This document shows, in pieces, positions 54,574 through 64,000 of a DNA stretch of 64,000 nt. Each line of letters starts with the position of its first letter. Position 1 is the first letter of the stretch. The notes beneath the pieces were generated by a model, which worked only from the letters and a program-made list of their open reading frames with translations, was not told the origin of the DNA and made no database searches. Origin of the DNA: Methanoregulaceae archaeon (GTDB lineage Bacteria > Armatimonadota > Fimbriimonadia > Fimbriimonadales > Fimbriimonadaceae); NCBI GenBank assembly GCA_020850325.1, contig JADZEW010000010.1, positions 5,759-69,758 of the forward strand, read 5' to 3'. The position numbers and the translations under genes were made by a program.

Positions 54574-55209
54574 ATGTTTGGAGAACTCGAGCAGCTGATC
54601 CAGAACCTGGTCCGGGATTACGGAACGGGCGTGTACGCCATCTTGTTCGCCGTGATCTTCGCTGAGACCGGTCTCGTGGTTTGCCCTTGGCTCCCGGGCG
54701 ACTCGCTCCTCTTTGCCTTAGGCATCTTCTGCCGCCCGGGCGAGCACTCGCTGAACTTCTGGGCGCTCTCGACACTGCTGGTCGCCGCGGCCTTTATCGG
54801 TGATAACGTCAACTACCAAGTGGGCCGGCTCTTTGGGGAGAAACTGTTCAAGAACGAAAGCAGCCGATTCTTTAAGAAGAGCTACTTGGAGAAGACCCAC
54901 GCCTTCTTTGAACGTTACGGCGGAAAGACGCTGGTGCTGGCGCGGTTCGTGCCCATCGTCCGCACCTTTGCCCCGTTCGTGGCTGGCATGGGACGCATGG
55001 AGTTTCCTCGATTCCTCGCGTTCAGCTTCGGCGGAGCCTTGTTTTGGGTCTACTCGTGCATGGGGGCTGGCTATATGTTTGGTCAAATCCCCGCGGTCAA
55101 AGAGAACTTCGAAATCGTCGTGCTGGCGGTGATCGTGGTCTCCGTTGCCCCGATGCTGCTTAAGGTTCGCTCAGCCCGAAGGGCCGCTAAAGCTTCGGCC
55201 AGTGAGTAA
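54574..55209 (+). CDS. DedA family membrane protein
   Basis: 211 aa. GLVVCPWLPGDSLLFALG, VARFVPIVRTFAPFVAG. Confidence 0.9.
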   Translation: MFGELEQLIQNLVRDYGTGVYAILFAVIFAETGLVVCPWLPGDSLLFALGIFCRPGEHSLNFWALSTLLVAAAFIGDNVNYQVGRLFGEKLFKNESSRFFKKSYLEKTHAFFERYGGKTLVLARFVPIVRTFAPFVAGMGRMEFPRFLAFSFGGALFWVYSCMGAGYMFGQIPAVKENFEIVVLAVIVVSVAPMLLKVRSARRAAKASASE

Positions 55210-55263
55210 GGAACCCGCACTAGAGTCAACGGTTCGGTATTTATTGCCGGTAGTCTAGGAATC

Positions 55264-56361
55264 ATGATCGCCTTGATCGCTTTCCTCGGCCACACCGCGC
55301 CCCTCTTATCGACCTGCCTCACCCACCCCGTTCAGCAGGTTGCTCCGGCCCTCCCCGCCTCAATGGCAAAGTGGCCCTCGTGGCGAGCCGTTCCGCTGAA
55401 TCCGAAGGAAGAGCATCTGCGCAACGTTCGCAAACTCACCTTCGGTGGCCAGAACGCGGAAGCGTACTGGAGCGTCGACGGCCGGACGATCATCTACCAG
55501 ACCCGCCAACCCGAGTTCCCCGACGAGCAGGTCTTCCTCATGAACGCCGACGGATCGAACAAGCGACTGGTCAGCACCGGCCTTGGCCGATGCACCTGCA
55601 GCTACATCCTCCCCGACAACAGCGGCATCATCTTCAGCAGCACCCACGAGCGCAACCAGGGCGCTCAGAAGCCGCTCGACATGAGCAAGGGCTACCTGTG
55701 GATGGTCAACCCCGACTTTGCGCTCTACCGGGCCGACATGAACGGTAAGAACATCCGACCGCTCATCAAGAAGTCGGGCTACGTTGCCGAGACCACGGTG
55801 GCGCCGAATGGCAAGTTCATGACGTTCACCGGCAACTTCGATGGCGACATCGAAATCTACCGCGCTAACCTCGACGGATCGGGCATCCGCAGGCTGACGG
55901 ATGAGGTCGGCTACGATGGCGGCCCCTTCGTCAGCTGGGACTCCAAGAAGATCGTCTACCGCCGCGATACGATCGATAACGAGACCGAGCTCAAGGACTA
56001 CAAGGATCTCCACGCCCAGCACCTCGTTCGCCCCGGCAAGCTGGAGATCTGGATCATGGATGCGGATGGCCGCAACAAGCGCCAGGTCACCCGCCTGAAC
56101 TGCGCCTCGTTCGCGCCGTTCCTCCACCCGGACGGCAAGCGCATCATCTTCTCATCGAACTACGGCGACCCGCGGGGACGCGAGTTCGACCTGTGGATGA
56201 TCGACACCGATGGCCAAAATCTCAAGCGGATCACCCATACGCCGGAGTTTGACGGCTTCCCGATGTTCACCCGCGACGGCAAGAAGCTCGTCTGGGGGAC
56301 CAACCGCTTCGGTGAGGTTGCGGGAGAGACCAACATCTTTACCGCAGACTGGATAGACTAG
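55264..56361 (+). CDS. TolB-like PD40 beta-propeller protein
   Basis: 365 aa. Repeated PD40-type blades (..WS.DG..I.Y.., SPDG / HPDGKRIIFSS, FTRDGKKLVW). Confidence 0.8.
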   Translation: MIALIAFLGHTAPLLSTCLTHPVQQVAPALPASMAKWPSWRAVPLNPKEEHLRNVRKLTFGGQNAEAYWSVDGRTIIYQTRQPEFPDEQVFLMNADGSNKRLVSTGLGRCTCSYILPDNSGIIFSSTHERNQGAQKPLDMSKGYLWMVNPDFALYRADMNGKNIRPLIKKSGYVAETTVAPNGKFMTFTGNFDGDIEIYRANLDGSGIRRLTDEVGYDGGPFVSWDSKKIVYRRDTIDNETELKDYKDLHAQHLVRPGKLEIWIMDADGRNKRQVTRLNCASFAPFLHPDGKRIIFSSNYGDPRGREFDLWMIDTDGQNLKRITHTPEFDGFPMFTRDGKKLVWGTNRFGEVAGETNIFTADWID

Positions 56362-56366
56362 CGCGC

Positions 56367-57440
56367 GTGCTGACCCCGGATCATCGGATCGCCCTCTACA
56401 TGAAGGGGGCCCTTGGCGAAGATACCGGCAAGATGGGCTACGGCGTACTCCGCTATTCGCCCAATGCGGTCGTAGCCGTCGTCGATCCTAACCATGCGGG
56501 CAAGCACGTGAACGACGTCGTGCCTCCGGTGTACGGAGTCCAGAACCCCCCGGTTGTCGCCACCTTGGCCGAGGCCATCGCTCTGGGGGCAAACTCGCTC
56601 ATTCTGGGTATCGCACCCCTAGGCGGGCTGATTCCGGAAGACTGGTGGCCGGTGATCGGCGATGCCCTCAGTCACGACATGTTGGTCGTGAACGGACTGC
56701 ACGAGCCGCTTTGCCACCGATTTCCCGAGCACGCCAACCGCATTTGGGATATCCGCGTGGAACCCGCGGGGCTTAAGAGTGGGACCGGTGCCGCGGCCCA
56801 ACTTCCCAACAAGCGGGTTCTTTTCATCGGCACCGACATGGCGACGGGCAAGATGACCGCGGGCCTCGAGGTGTGGCGTCTTGCCCGGGAGCGCGGCATC
56901 CGCGCCGAGTTCGTGGCTACCGGGCAGATTGGGATTACGGTGACCGGGTCGGGGGTTCCGCTCGATGCCGTGCGCATCGACTACGCCTCCGGGGCCATCG
57001 AGCGCGAGGTGATGAAGCATGCCGATGCGGAACTGATTCTCGTCGAGGGACAGGGCTCCCTCGTTCATCCCGGGTCTTCGGCGACGTTGCCCCTCATGCG
57101 CGGCAGCTGCCCTACTCACCTCGTGCTCTGCGCGATTGCTGGTCGCAGAACGGTGCGCCGCTACGATCACCTGCGCATCCCGCCGCTCGGCGATCTGATC
57201 CAGCTGGCCGAGTCCGTGGCTTCGGCGTGCGGCACGTATCCGCGACCCAAGACGGTTGCCGTCGCGATGAACGGCTCCAAGGTCACTCCCGAAGAGGCGG
57301 AACGAGAACGAAGGCGGTTCGCGGATGAATCGGGATTGCCCGTGTTCGATCCGGTGCAAGATGGCGCGGCAGGACTCCTCGACGCGCTACTTGATACTTC
57401 CGAGCGTGATGCCCTTGGTGAAGTAGCGTTGCGTGAATAG
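56367..57440 (+). CDS. DUF1611 domain protein (DgcN-like)
   Basis: 357 aa, GTG start. YMKGALGEDTGKMGYGVLRYSPN...GTDMATGKMT...EGQGSLVHPG pattern. Confidence 0.75.
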   Translation: MLTPDHRIALYMKGALGEDTGKMGYGVLRYSPNAVVAVVDPNHAGKHVNDVVPPVYGVQNPPVVATLAEAIALGANSLILGIAPLGGLIPEDWWPVIGDALSHDMLVVNGLHEPLCHRFPEHANRIWDIRVEPAGLKSGTGAAAQLPNKRVLFIGTDMATGKMTAGLEVWRLARERGIRAEFVATGQIGITVTGSGVPLDAVRIDYASGAIEREVMKHADAELILVEGQGSLVHPGSSATLPLMRGSCPTHLVLCAIAGRRTVRRYDHLRIPPLGDLIQLAESVASACGTYPRPKTVAVAMNGSKVTPEEAERERRRFADESGLPVFDPVQDGAAGLLDALLDTSERDALGEVALRE

Positions 57441-58391
57441 GAACACGAACAGCAGCGGGGTCATGACGATCACCGCAGCGGTCATCTGTAGCGGCCAGTT
57501 CGTACCGCCGTACGAGTTCTTGAAGATCGACAGGCCGACCTCGAGCGTACGCATCTCGGTCGAGTTCGTGAAGATCAACGGGTTGAAGAAGTCGGTCCAC
57601 ACGCCGAAGAACGAGAACGCCGCCGCCGTGGCGAGAGCGGCTTTGCTCAGCGGCATGATGACCCGCGAGTAGATGAGGAAGTCGCTCGCGCCGTCGATGC
57701 GCGCCGCCTCATCGAGTTCAAGCGGAATCTGCAAGAAGAACTGGCGCAGCAAAAACACCGCGAACGCGCTGCTGACGCCGGGCACGATCAGCGCGGCAAA
57801 CGTATCGAGCCACCCCAAGTTGCGCAACAACAGAAACACGGGAATCTGCGTCACCGGCCCGGCGAACATCATCGACCCGATGAACAGCGCGAACAGCGGC
57901 TCGCGACCCCGAAAGCGGAGCCGAGAGAACGCATACGCCGCCAAAGAAGACACAAACAGCTGGGCGATCACAACCGTAAAGGTCACGACCACCGAGTTGA
58001 GGAAAAACCGGCTGACCGGCAGGGTCGGGTGGCCAAGCACGAACTGGTAGTTGGAAACGTGATATTGGGCGTTGCCGGCCTCGTCGCGGGGAATCAGTTC
58101 GGCGATCGGCGGGATCGGTGCCTTGGGCGGATGCAGCGATACCAGCACCATCCAAACAAACGGGGCCATCAAGAACACGGCTAGCCCGATGAGCATGCCG
58201 TACTGCATCGGCCGCCGAGTCTCGCCAAGGGCAACCACGGCGACGGCGATGATCGCGGCGAAAGCGAGAAAAGCGGCAAGAATCGGGGCGGTTTCGGGGG
58301 CTTCGGCGCGTTGGCCAAACACGCGCACGGCCAACAAACCGAACGCGACGGCCAGTATTCCTCCCCCGAGCCGTACCAGAAGCCTCGCCAT
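57387..58391 (-). CDS. carbohydrate-type ABC transporter permease (MalG-like), orphan, with N-terminal extension
   Basis: EAA loop LELDEAARIDGASDFLIYSRVIMP. Start MARLLVRLGG at 58391 avoids overlap with prfA. No partner ABC genes flank it. Confidence 0.8.
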   Translation of the reverse strand: MARLLVRLGGGILAVAFGLLAVRVFGQRAEAPETAPILAAFLAFAAIIAVAVVALGETRRPMQYGMLIGLAVFLMAPFVWMVLVSLHPPKAPIPPIAELIPRDEAGNAQYHVSNYQFVLGHPTLPVSRFFLNSVVVTFTVVIAQLFVSSLAAYAFSRLRFRGREPLFALFIGSMMFAGPVTQIPVFLLLRNLGWLDTFAALIVPGVSSAFAVFLLRQFFLQIPLELDEAARIDGASDFLIYSRVIMPLSKAALATAAAFSFFGVWTDFFNPLIFTNSTEMRTLEVGLSIFKNSYGGTNWPLQMTAAVIVMTPLLFVFLFTQRYFTKGITLGSIK

Positions 58392-58434
58392 GTCCAGATT
58401 GTAGCCGCCCCGCACGTGCCACAATTCCCCGTTC

Positions 58435-59499
58435 ATGCTGGAGAAACTCATCGAGATCGAACGTCGGTATGGCGACATTGAAGCCATGCTGCAAAACCCC
58501 GACGTGGCAACCAACCCCGCCGAACTACAACGGCTGGGCAAGGCTCGGGCGGAAATCGAGTCGATCGTGGGCGTGATCCGCGAGTATCAGAAGACAAGGA
58601 AGGATGTCGCGGACGCGGAGGCTCTGCTCGGTGACCCCGAAATGCACGACCTCGCCCAGGCTGAGTTCGATGAGGGCCGCGTCCGCATCGAGGAGCTCGA
58701 ATCCCAACTCAAGGTGATGCTCGTGCCCAAGGATCCCCTGGACGAGAAGTCGGTGATCATGGAAATCCGCCCCGCTGCCGGCGGAGCGGAAGCCGCGCTG
58801 TTCGGCTCAGAGCTCTTTCGCATGTACGCCCGCTATTGCGAGCGACGGCGCTGGAAAACCGAAATCATCGAGCATGAGGAAAGCGGCATCGGCGGCCTGG
58901 ATCGGGTCGTGTTCAAGATCGACGCTCCCGGCGCGTACTCCCAGCTAAAGCACGAAAGCGGTACCCACCGCGTTCAGCGCGTCCCCGCCACCGAGAGTTC
59001 GGGTCGCATTCACACCTCGACGGTCACCGTCGCGGTGCTCCCCGAGGCCGAAGACGTCGATGTGAAGATCCACAACGACGACATCGAAGTATCGACCTTC
59101 CGCGCCAGTTCCGCGGGTGGCCAGCACATGCAGAAGAACGAGACTGCGATCCGCATCGTGCACAAACCGTCGGGCATCGTGGTGACCTGCCAAGACGAAC
59201 GCAGCCAGCAGCAGAACCGGCTCAAAGCGATGGAAGTGCTCCGCGCCAAGCTGTTCCAGGCCGAGCAAGAGCGGCTCGACTCGGAGCGGGCGGGCATCCG
59301 AAAGGGCCAAATCGGCTCCGGCGACCGCAGCGAGAAGATCCGCACCTACAACTTCCCCCAGAGCCGCATTACCGATCACCGGATAGGGAAAGACTCCCAC
59401 AACATCATCGCGTTCATGGATGGCGACATCCAGGACATGATCGATGCGCTGGTGCAAGACGAGCAGGCCCGGCGGCTAGCGGCGGCGGAAGAGAGCTAG
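58435..59499 (+). CDS. prfA: peptide chain release factor 1
   Basis: 354 aa. RF1 tripeptide in RVQRVPATESSGRIHTS. GGQ in SSAGGQHMQKNET. Confidence 0.95.
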   Translation: MLEKLIEIERRYGDIEAMLQNPDVATNPAELQRLGKARAEIESIVGVIREYQKTRKDVADAEALLGDPEMHDLAQAEFDEGRVRIEELESQLKVMLVPKDPLDEKSVIMEIRPAAGGAEAALFGSELFRMYARYCERRRWKTEIIEHEESGIGGLDRVVFKIDAPGAYSQLKHESGTHRVQRVPATESSGRIHTSTVTVAVLPEAEDVDVKIHNDDIEVSTFRASSAGGQHMQKNETAIRIVHKPSGIVVTCQDERSQQQNRLKAMEVLRAKLFQAEQERLDSERAGIRKGQIGSGDRSEKIRTYNFPQSRITDHRIGKDSHNIIAFMDGDIQDMIDALVQDEQARRLAAAEES

Positions 59500-61832
59500 G
59501 CCTTCAGCACGGCGATCGTCACGCCCTGCCCGCCTTCGCCCGCCTCGCCTTCGCGATACGACTGCACGTCGCGGCAGCGGCGGAGATAGTCGTGGGTGAC
59601 TTGGCGAAGGATGCCGCCACCCTTGCCGTGGACGATGCGTACTTGGTGCAGCCCGGCCAGCACCGAGTCGTCGATGAACTTCTGTAGTTCGAGCAGCGCA
59701 TCCTCGGCGCGCAGAGCGCGCAGGTGGAGTTCGGATTCCGCATGCATGGCACGATCGAGCCCGAGCTTGACGCTGGCCTTGACGGGGCGCTTCGCGGGGG
59801 CGTTGATCGGAGTCAGCGCCGCCTGGGCCAGTTTGAGCTTCAGCGGACCAAGCTGCACCAGCGCCATCTCATCGGCGAGCAGTTCGAGCACGGTCCCGTC
59901 CTGCCGATAGCCCGCCGCGCGCACGAGCATGCCCTTCTCGAGGACCGGCATTTCGGTGATCGAGGTCGGCGTTCGATACTCTTCGGCCTTCGACTGCCCC
60001 TTGCCCTGCAGCGCCTTCAGCTTGCCGCGGACCTCGGTGAGCTTCTTCTCATCGACCGCCTTCTTCAGCTCCTCAAAGAGGGCGTTGGCCTCCATGCGCA
60101 GTTCGCGCAGCGTGCCTTCGATCGCCTCTTGCGCTCGGGCGTGGACGGTACGGCGTATCTCCTCTGCCTCGGCGAGTTTGGATTCCGCTTTCTGCTCCGC
60201 CGCTTTCAGTTCGTGTTGGCGACGATCGGCTTCGCCCTGGGCGATGCGGGCGCGCCGCTCGGCCTGCTCGAGCTTCTCGAGCATCCGACCAACCTCCGCC
60301 TGCGACTCGTCAAGGAGCGACTTCGCCCGATCGACGACCGTTTTAGGTATGCCGTAGCGCTCGGCGATCTTCAGCGCGTGGGAAGCTCCCGGCGATCCCA
60401 TCATCAGCCGGTACGTGGGCTGCAACGACTTCGGATCGAATTCCATCGCCGCATTCGTGAATCCTTCCGTCTCGTAGGCAAACGCCTTTAGCTCGCCATA
60501 GTGGGTGCTGGCCACGATGATCGCGCCGCCTTCGACCAGATGCGACAGGATCGCCTTCGCGAGGGCTGCCCCTTCCGCCGGATCGGTGCCCGCACCGATC
60601 TCGTCGAACAGCACGAGCGCCCCCGGGCGGAGCCCCTTGATCGCCGCCGAGATGTTCTTGAGGTGGCCGCTGAAGGTCGAGAGCGACTGCTGAAGGCTCT
60701 GCTCGTCGCCGATATCGGCCCACACCTGGCTGAACACGCCGAGCCGCGCCATGCGCGCAGGGATGAACAGCCCGGATTGGGCCATCATCACGAACAATCC
60801 CACCGCCTTGATCGCGACCGTCTTGCCGCCGGTGTTGGGGCCAGTAATCAGCAGAGCGCGCGAGCCCATGCCGACCTCGATGTCGAGCGGCGTCACCTTG
60901 GTCCCCTGGGCTTCGAGCAGCGGATGGCGACCGCCCTCCACGATCAGCCCCGGCGTTTCCGACTTCAAGGGCATCCCCGCCTTCTGCTCGAACGCGAGCT
61001 TGCCCTTGGCGAAGAAGAGGTCCAGATCCGCCGCGTGAGTGAGGCCGCTGTCGAGTTCGTCCGCGTGGTTGCCGACGATGGCCGAGAGCTTGGCGAGGAT
61101 GCGCGCGATCTCCTCCTGCTCGGCGACTTCGGCTTCGCGAACTTGATTGCCAAGCTGCAAGACATCTTCCGGCTCGATGTAGACCGTTTGGCCGCTGGAG
61201 CTGGTGTCGTGGACGATGCCGCGGATCCGGCTCTTGTACTCAGCGCGGACGGGCACGACATAGCGCCCCTCGCGGACGGTGTAGATCGGGTCACTGAGCA
61301 GGTCGCGATGCTTGGTGGTGTAGGTTTGGATGCGCTCGATGAGCTTCGACTGAAGCCCGCGCTTCCGTTGGCGGAGGGTTCCGAGGTGCGCGCTCGCGCC
61401 GTCTCGCACCTCGCCGGCACCGTCGATGGCGTCGTTCAGCGCGCGCTCAAGGTCGGGAAGACTCGGCAACCACTCGCCCCGCTGGACGAGCCGCGGCGAC
61501 GTCTCGCGCCGCGGCAACAGGAACTGCCGCATCGCCCGCATCGCCACCGTCGCATCGGCGATCTGCGCGAGTTCGACCCCGCCGAGGACGCCGCCCTTCT
61601 TGGCGCGGCGAAGCTGCGGTCGTCGATCTTGAACGGAAACGAGCGAAGGCGGAGTGGCTTGGCCGAGGAGTTCGTAAGCCTCTTGCGTGGTTTCGAGGGC
61701 CTCCCAGACTTCACTGGCGTCCGGCGAGGGGACTAGCTTGAGGGCAAGGGCATGCGCCAACTCGGTGTCGCAATGACGCGCGAGCTGGTCCAGCACTGCA
61801 TCGAACTCGAGCACGCGTCGACCGTAGTCCAC
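59496..61832 (-). CDS. mutS2: endonuclease MutS2 (MutS domain plus C-terminal Smr)
   Basis: 778 aa. Walker A GPNTGGKT, DEIGAGTDP. Smr domain (LHLRALRAEDAL..., RIVHGKGGGILR). Confidence 0.95.
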   Translation of the reverse strand: MDYGRRVLEFDAVLDQLARHCDTELAHALALKLVPSPDASEVWEALETTQEAYELLGQATPPSLVSVQDRRPQLRRAKKGGVLGGVELAQIADATVAMRAMRQFLLPRRETSPRLVQRGEWLPSLPDLERALNDAIDGAGEVRDGASAHLGTLRQRKRGLQSKLIERIQTYTTKHRDLLSDPIYTVREGRYVVPVRAEYKSRIRGIVHDTSSSGQTVYIEPEDVLQLGNQVREAEVAEQEEIARILAKLSAIVGNHADELDSGLTHAADLDLFFAKGKLAFEQKAGMPLKSETPGLIVEGGRHPLLEAQGTKVTPLDIEVGMGSRALLITGPNTGGKTVAIKAVGLFVMMAQSGLFIPARMARLGVFSQVWADIGDEQSLQQSLSTFSGHLKNISAAIKGLRPGALVLFDEIGAGTDPAEGAALAKAILSHLVEGGAIIVASTHYGELKAFAYETEGFTNAAMEFDPKSLQPTYRLMMGSPGASHALKIAERYGIPKTVVDRAKSLLDESQAEVGRMLEKLEQAERRARIAQGEADRRQHELKAAEQKAESKLAEAEEIRRTVHARAQEAIEGTLRELRMEANALFEELKKAVDEKKLTEVRGKLKALQGKGQSKAEEYRTPTSITEMPVLEKGMLVRAAGYRQDGTVLELLADEMALVQLGPLKLKLAQAALTPINAPAKRPVKASVKLGLDRAMHAESELHLRALRAEDALLELQKFIDDSVLAGLHQVRIVHGKGGGILRQVTHDYLRRCRDVQSYREGEAGEGGQGVTIAVLKA

Positions 61833-61965
61833 GCTCTGATTATGAGGGTTGCCCCTGCAATCTCGTAGCCGCGGGATGTATTCGTGCCCGCGATGAACCT
61901 GACTTTGACCTGCAGAAACGCCGGCACATTGGCATCCGGCGGCTACAAGAGAAGGAGTGGAAGGC

Positions 61966-63987
61966 TTAGTTCAGCCGATCCCCAAATGCGACGCCTCGGA
62001 ACGCGGGAACCTGGGTGAAGATCTCCGCCGCCACATCCTTCGCCCCGAAGTACGGCTTGGCCATGCCCACCCGCAGCGCAAGCTCCGCGCCGATGCGCCA
62101 CGCCGCCTTGGCCTCGCCCGGAGGCGAAAGCACCGCGCGCAGTTCCTGCAGCCGACGCTCGGCGTTGACGTACGTGCCGTCGCCCTCGGCGGGTTCGGCC
62201 ATCGGCAAGACAACACTGGCGAAACCCATCGCTTCCGACTTATGCGTGCCCTGGTAGACCACGAATCCAACCTGCTCTAGCGCCTTCTCCACCGTCGCCC
62301 GGTCGCCGAACGCGAATGGATCGGCTCCGGCGAGCCACAGCGACTCGATCGAACCGTCTGCGCACCCGGCGAGAATCGCCGCCGTACCGCGACCATCCGG
62401 CCCCGGTACCAAACCGAGATCGGCAAATCCTTGGTCGTTGGCGCCGAGCGCATAGCGGTTGAGTTCGCCGCCCAGCTGGCGGAGCGCTCGGAACGCATCT
62501 GCGCCCGATGCGGAATTCAACAGCGAGTCAGTGGTGACGATTGCGGTGTTCTCACCGAGCAGAGCGGCGGCTTCGCGGATTCGGGACTCATCGACTCCGC
62601 ACGCGGCGGCGGCCTGAGCCACCCCGGCCGCGTCATTGGCCCGCGCGGCAACCAAGCCCTTGGCGAGGTCAGCGTCGGTGCCCGGCGCATAGCGCAGAAC
62701 CACGTCGGCGAAGGAGTCGGCTTCCGTTTCTCCGTGATGCGCGACCACGACCCGCGCGCCGTGCTTGAACCAGGCTTTGCGAATGCGCAGGAAGATGATC
62801 GGGATATCGTCCGCCGGCGAGTTGCCAAAGACGAGGATCGACGGCTTCAGCTCGAGATCGGCGATCGCGGTCGGTGCGTTGCCCGCGGCCTCGTCGGGGG
62901 GCAGCGTGTGCGCCGTACGGCGGTAGTCCACGTTCGCTGAGCCGAACTTGCGGTGGAACAGGCGGTTCAGCAGATACGCACCCTCGTTCGAGAGGCTCGA
63001 CCCAGCGAGCATGGCCACCTTGTCGCCACCAACGCCGAACGCGCTGAGGATCGCGGCGTAAGCGGTCGGCCAATCGCACTCTTCCAGCCGGTCGCCCCGG
63101 CGGATGAGCGGGACCGTGAGCCGGTTGTCGGCATTGTAGTGCTCGTGGCCGAACTTGCCCCGGTCGCAGGTCCACTCTTCGTTGATCGCCTCGTTGGTGC
63201 GGCCGTTGACGCGCACTAGGCGGTTCACGCGGTAGTCAAACCAGGTCGCGCACCCGTTCGAGCACTCCAAACAAATCGAGGGTTTGGTTTCGAGGTCCCA
63301 CGGCCGCGCGCGGAAGCGGTACTCGCGGTTCGTGAGCGCACCCACCGGGCAGATTTCGATGACGTTGCCGCTGAACTTGCTGGTGAAGTCGCGCAGTTCG
63401 AAGGTCGACGGCTGCATCGAAGCGCCGCGGAAGCGGAAAGCGAGTTCCGAATCCCCCGAGATCTCTTCGGTGAACCGCACGCAGCGGCCGCACTGGATGC
63501 ACCGCTCCAGGTCGAGCGTCACGTACTTCGATAGTGGGAACGCCTTGTGCGCATGGCGCTTCACTTCAATGAACCGGCTCGTCGAAGGGCCGTAGAACAG
63601 CGTGTTGTTTTGGAGCGGGCACTCGCCGCCGCGGTCGCAGATCGGGCAGTCCAGCGGGTGGTTGATGAGCAGAAACTCAAGGACGCCCTTCCGGTCGCGG
63701 TGCACCATCTCGGTGTCGGTGAAGATCACCATGTTGTCCTGCGCGGGGAGGGTGCAGGCAGCTTGCGGCTTGGGCATTTTGCGGACGGAGCCGTCGGGTT
63801 GCTTGAAGCCCACCTCGACGAGGCACATGCGACACATGCCGACCGGCTTCATGCGGGGGTGGTAGCAGAAGATCGGGATTTCCAGGCCCAGCCGTTTGAC
63901 CGACTCGACGATCAACTCGCCCTTGGGGACGGCAATCTCGACATCGTTGATCACCAAGTTGACGGTCTCAGAAGCGACGGCGGCCAT
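61966..63987 (-). CDS. nuoG: NADH-quinone oxidoreductase subunit G
   Basis: 673 aa. N-terminal 2Fe-2S/4Fe-4S motifs (CRMCLVEV, HPLDCPICDRGGECPLQ, CIQCGRCVRF) plus a molybdopterin-oxidoreductase-like domain. Confidence 0.92.
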   Translation of the reverse strand: MAAVASETVNLVINDVEIAVPKGELIVESVKRLGLEIPIFCYHPRMKPVGMCRMCLVEVGFKQPDGSVRKMPKPQAACTLPAQDNMVIFTDTEMVHRDRKGVLEFLLINHPLDCPICDRGGECPLQNNTLFYGPSTSRFIEVKRHAHKAFPLSKYVTLDLERCIQCGRCVRFTEEISGDSELAFRFRGASMQPSTFELRDFTSKFSGNVIEICPVGALTNREYRFRARPWDLETKPSICLECSNGCATWFDYRVNRLVRVNGRTNEAINEEWTCDRGKFGHEHYNADNRLTVPLIRRGDRLEECDWPTAYAAILSAFGVGGDKVAMLAGSSLSNEGAYLLNRLFHRKFGSANVDYRRTAHTLPPDEAAGNAPTAIADLELKPSILVFGNSPADDIPIIFLRIRKAWFKHGARVVVAHHGETEADSFADVVLRYAPGTDADLAKGLVAARANDAAGVAQAAAACGVDESRIREAAALLGENTAIVTTDSLLNSASGADAFRALRQLGGELNRYALGANDQGFADLGLVPGPDGRGTAAILAGCADGSIESLWLAGADPFAFGDRATVEKALEQVGFVVYQGTHKSEAMGFASVVLPMAEPAEGDGTYVNAERRLQELRAVLSPPGEAKAAWRIGAELALRVGMAKPYFGAKDVAAEIFTQVPAFRGVAFGDRLN

Positions 63988-64000
63988 GTTCTCCGCAGGT

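Overview
High-GC (~60%) chromosome segment from a flagellated, diderm bacterium. The phylum cannot be fixed from sequence alone. Coding is dense, about 65 CDS, and many long ORFs in the track are high-GC shadow frames. No rRNA, tRNA, CRISPR array, transposase or integrase was recognised.

Layout, left to right:
- pyrH (partial), DAHP synthase, and menaquinone genes (polyprenyl synthase, ubiE).
- A PadR/HAAS pair.
- The conserved rpmH-rnpA-yidD-yidC-jag cluster, with no dnaA beside it.
- A short Ro60-like TROVE/vWA gene, preceded by a ~550-nt highly structured non-coding region.
- A 5-gene translationally coupled operon: oxidoreductase, CUT2/BMP-type ABC importer, and a LolA-like secreted protein.
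- ilvC.
- A flagellar block: flgF-flgG-flgA-flgH-flgI-flgJ(rod-binding)-flgN-flgK-flgL-fliW-csrA.
- A selD(Sec-UGA)-iorA-iorB-mocA operon.
- pheT, a GT-C-like membrane protein, an SbtA-like permease, and a giant OM beta-barrel.
- A sigma-H-like sigma factor.
- A BNR-repeat protein, mazG, rlmI, mtnA, and flagellin fliC.
- dedA, prfA, mutS2 and nuoG.

Most interesting:
1. The half-size Ro60-like protein next to a structured region that contains a helix closely resembling the Ro-binding helix of Y RNAs.
2. selD encoded as a selenoprotein (in-frame UGA that splits the ORF track) heading an operon with a Tat-exported two-subunit molybdenum hydroxylase and MocA.
3. The ABC importer whose usual binding lipoprotein is replaced by a tandem LolA-like protein.
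4. Two dispersed structured repeat families.
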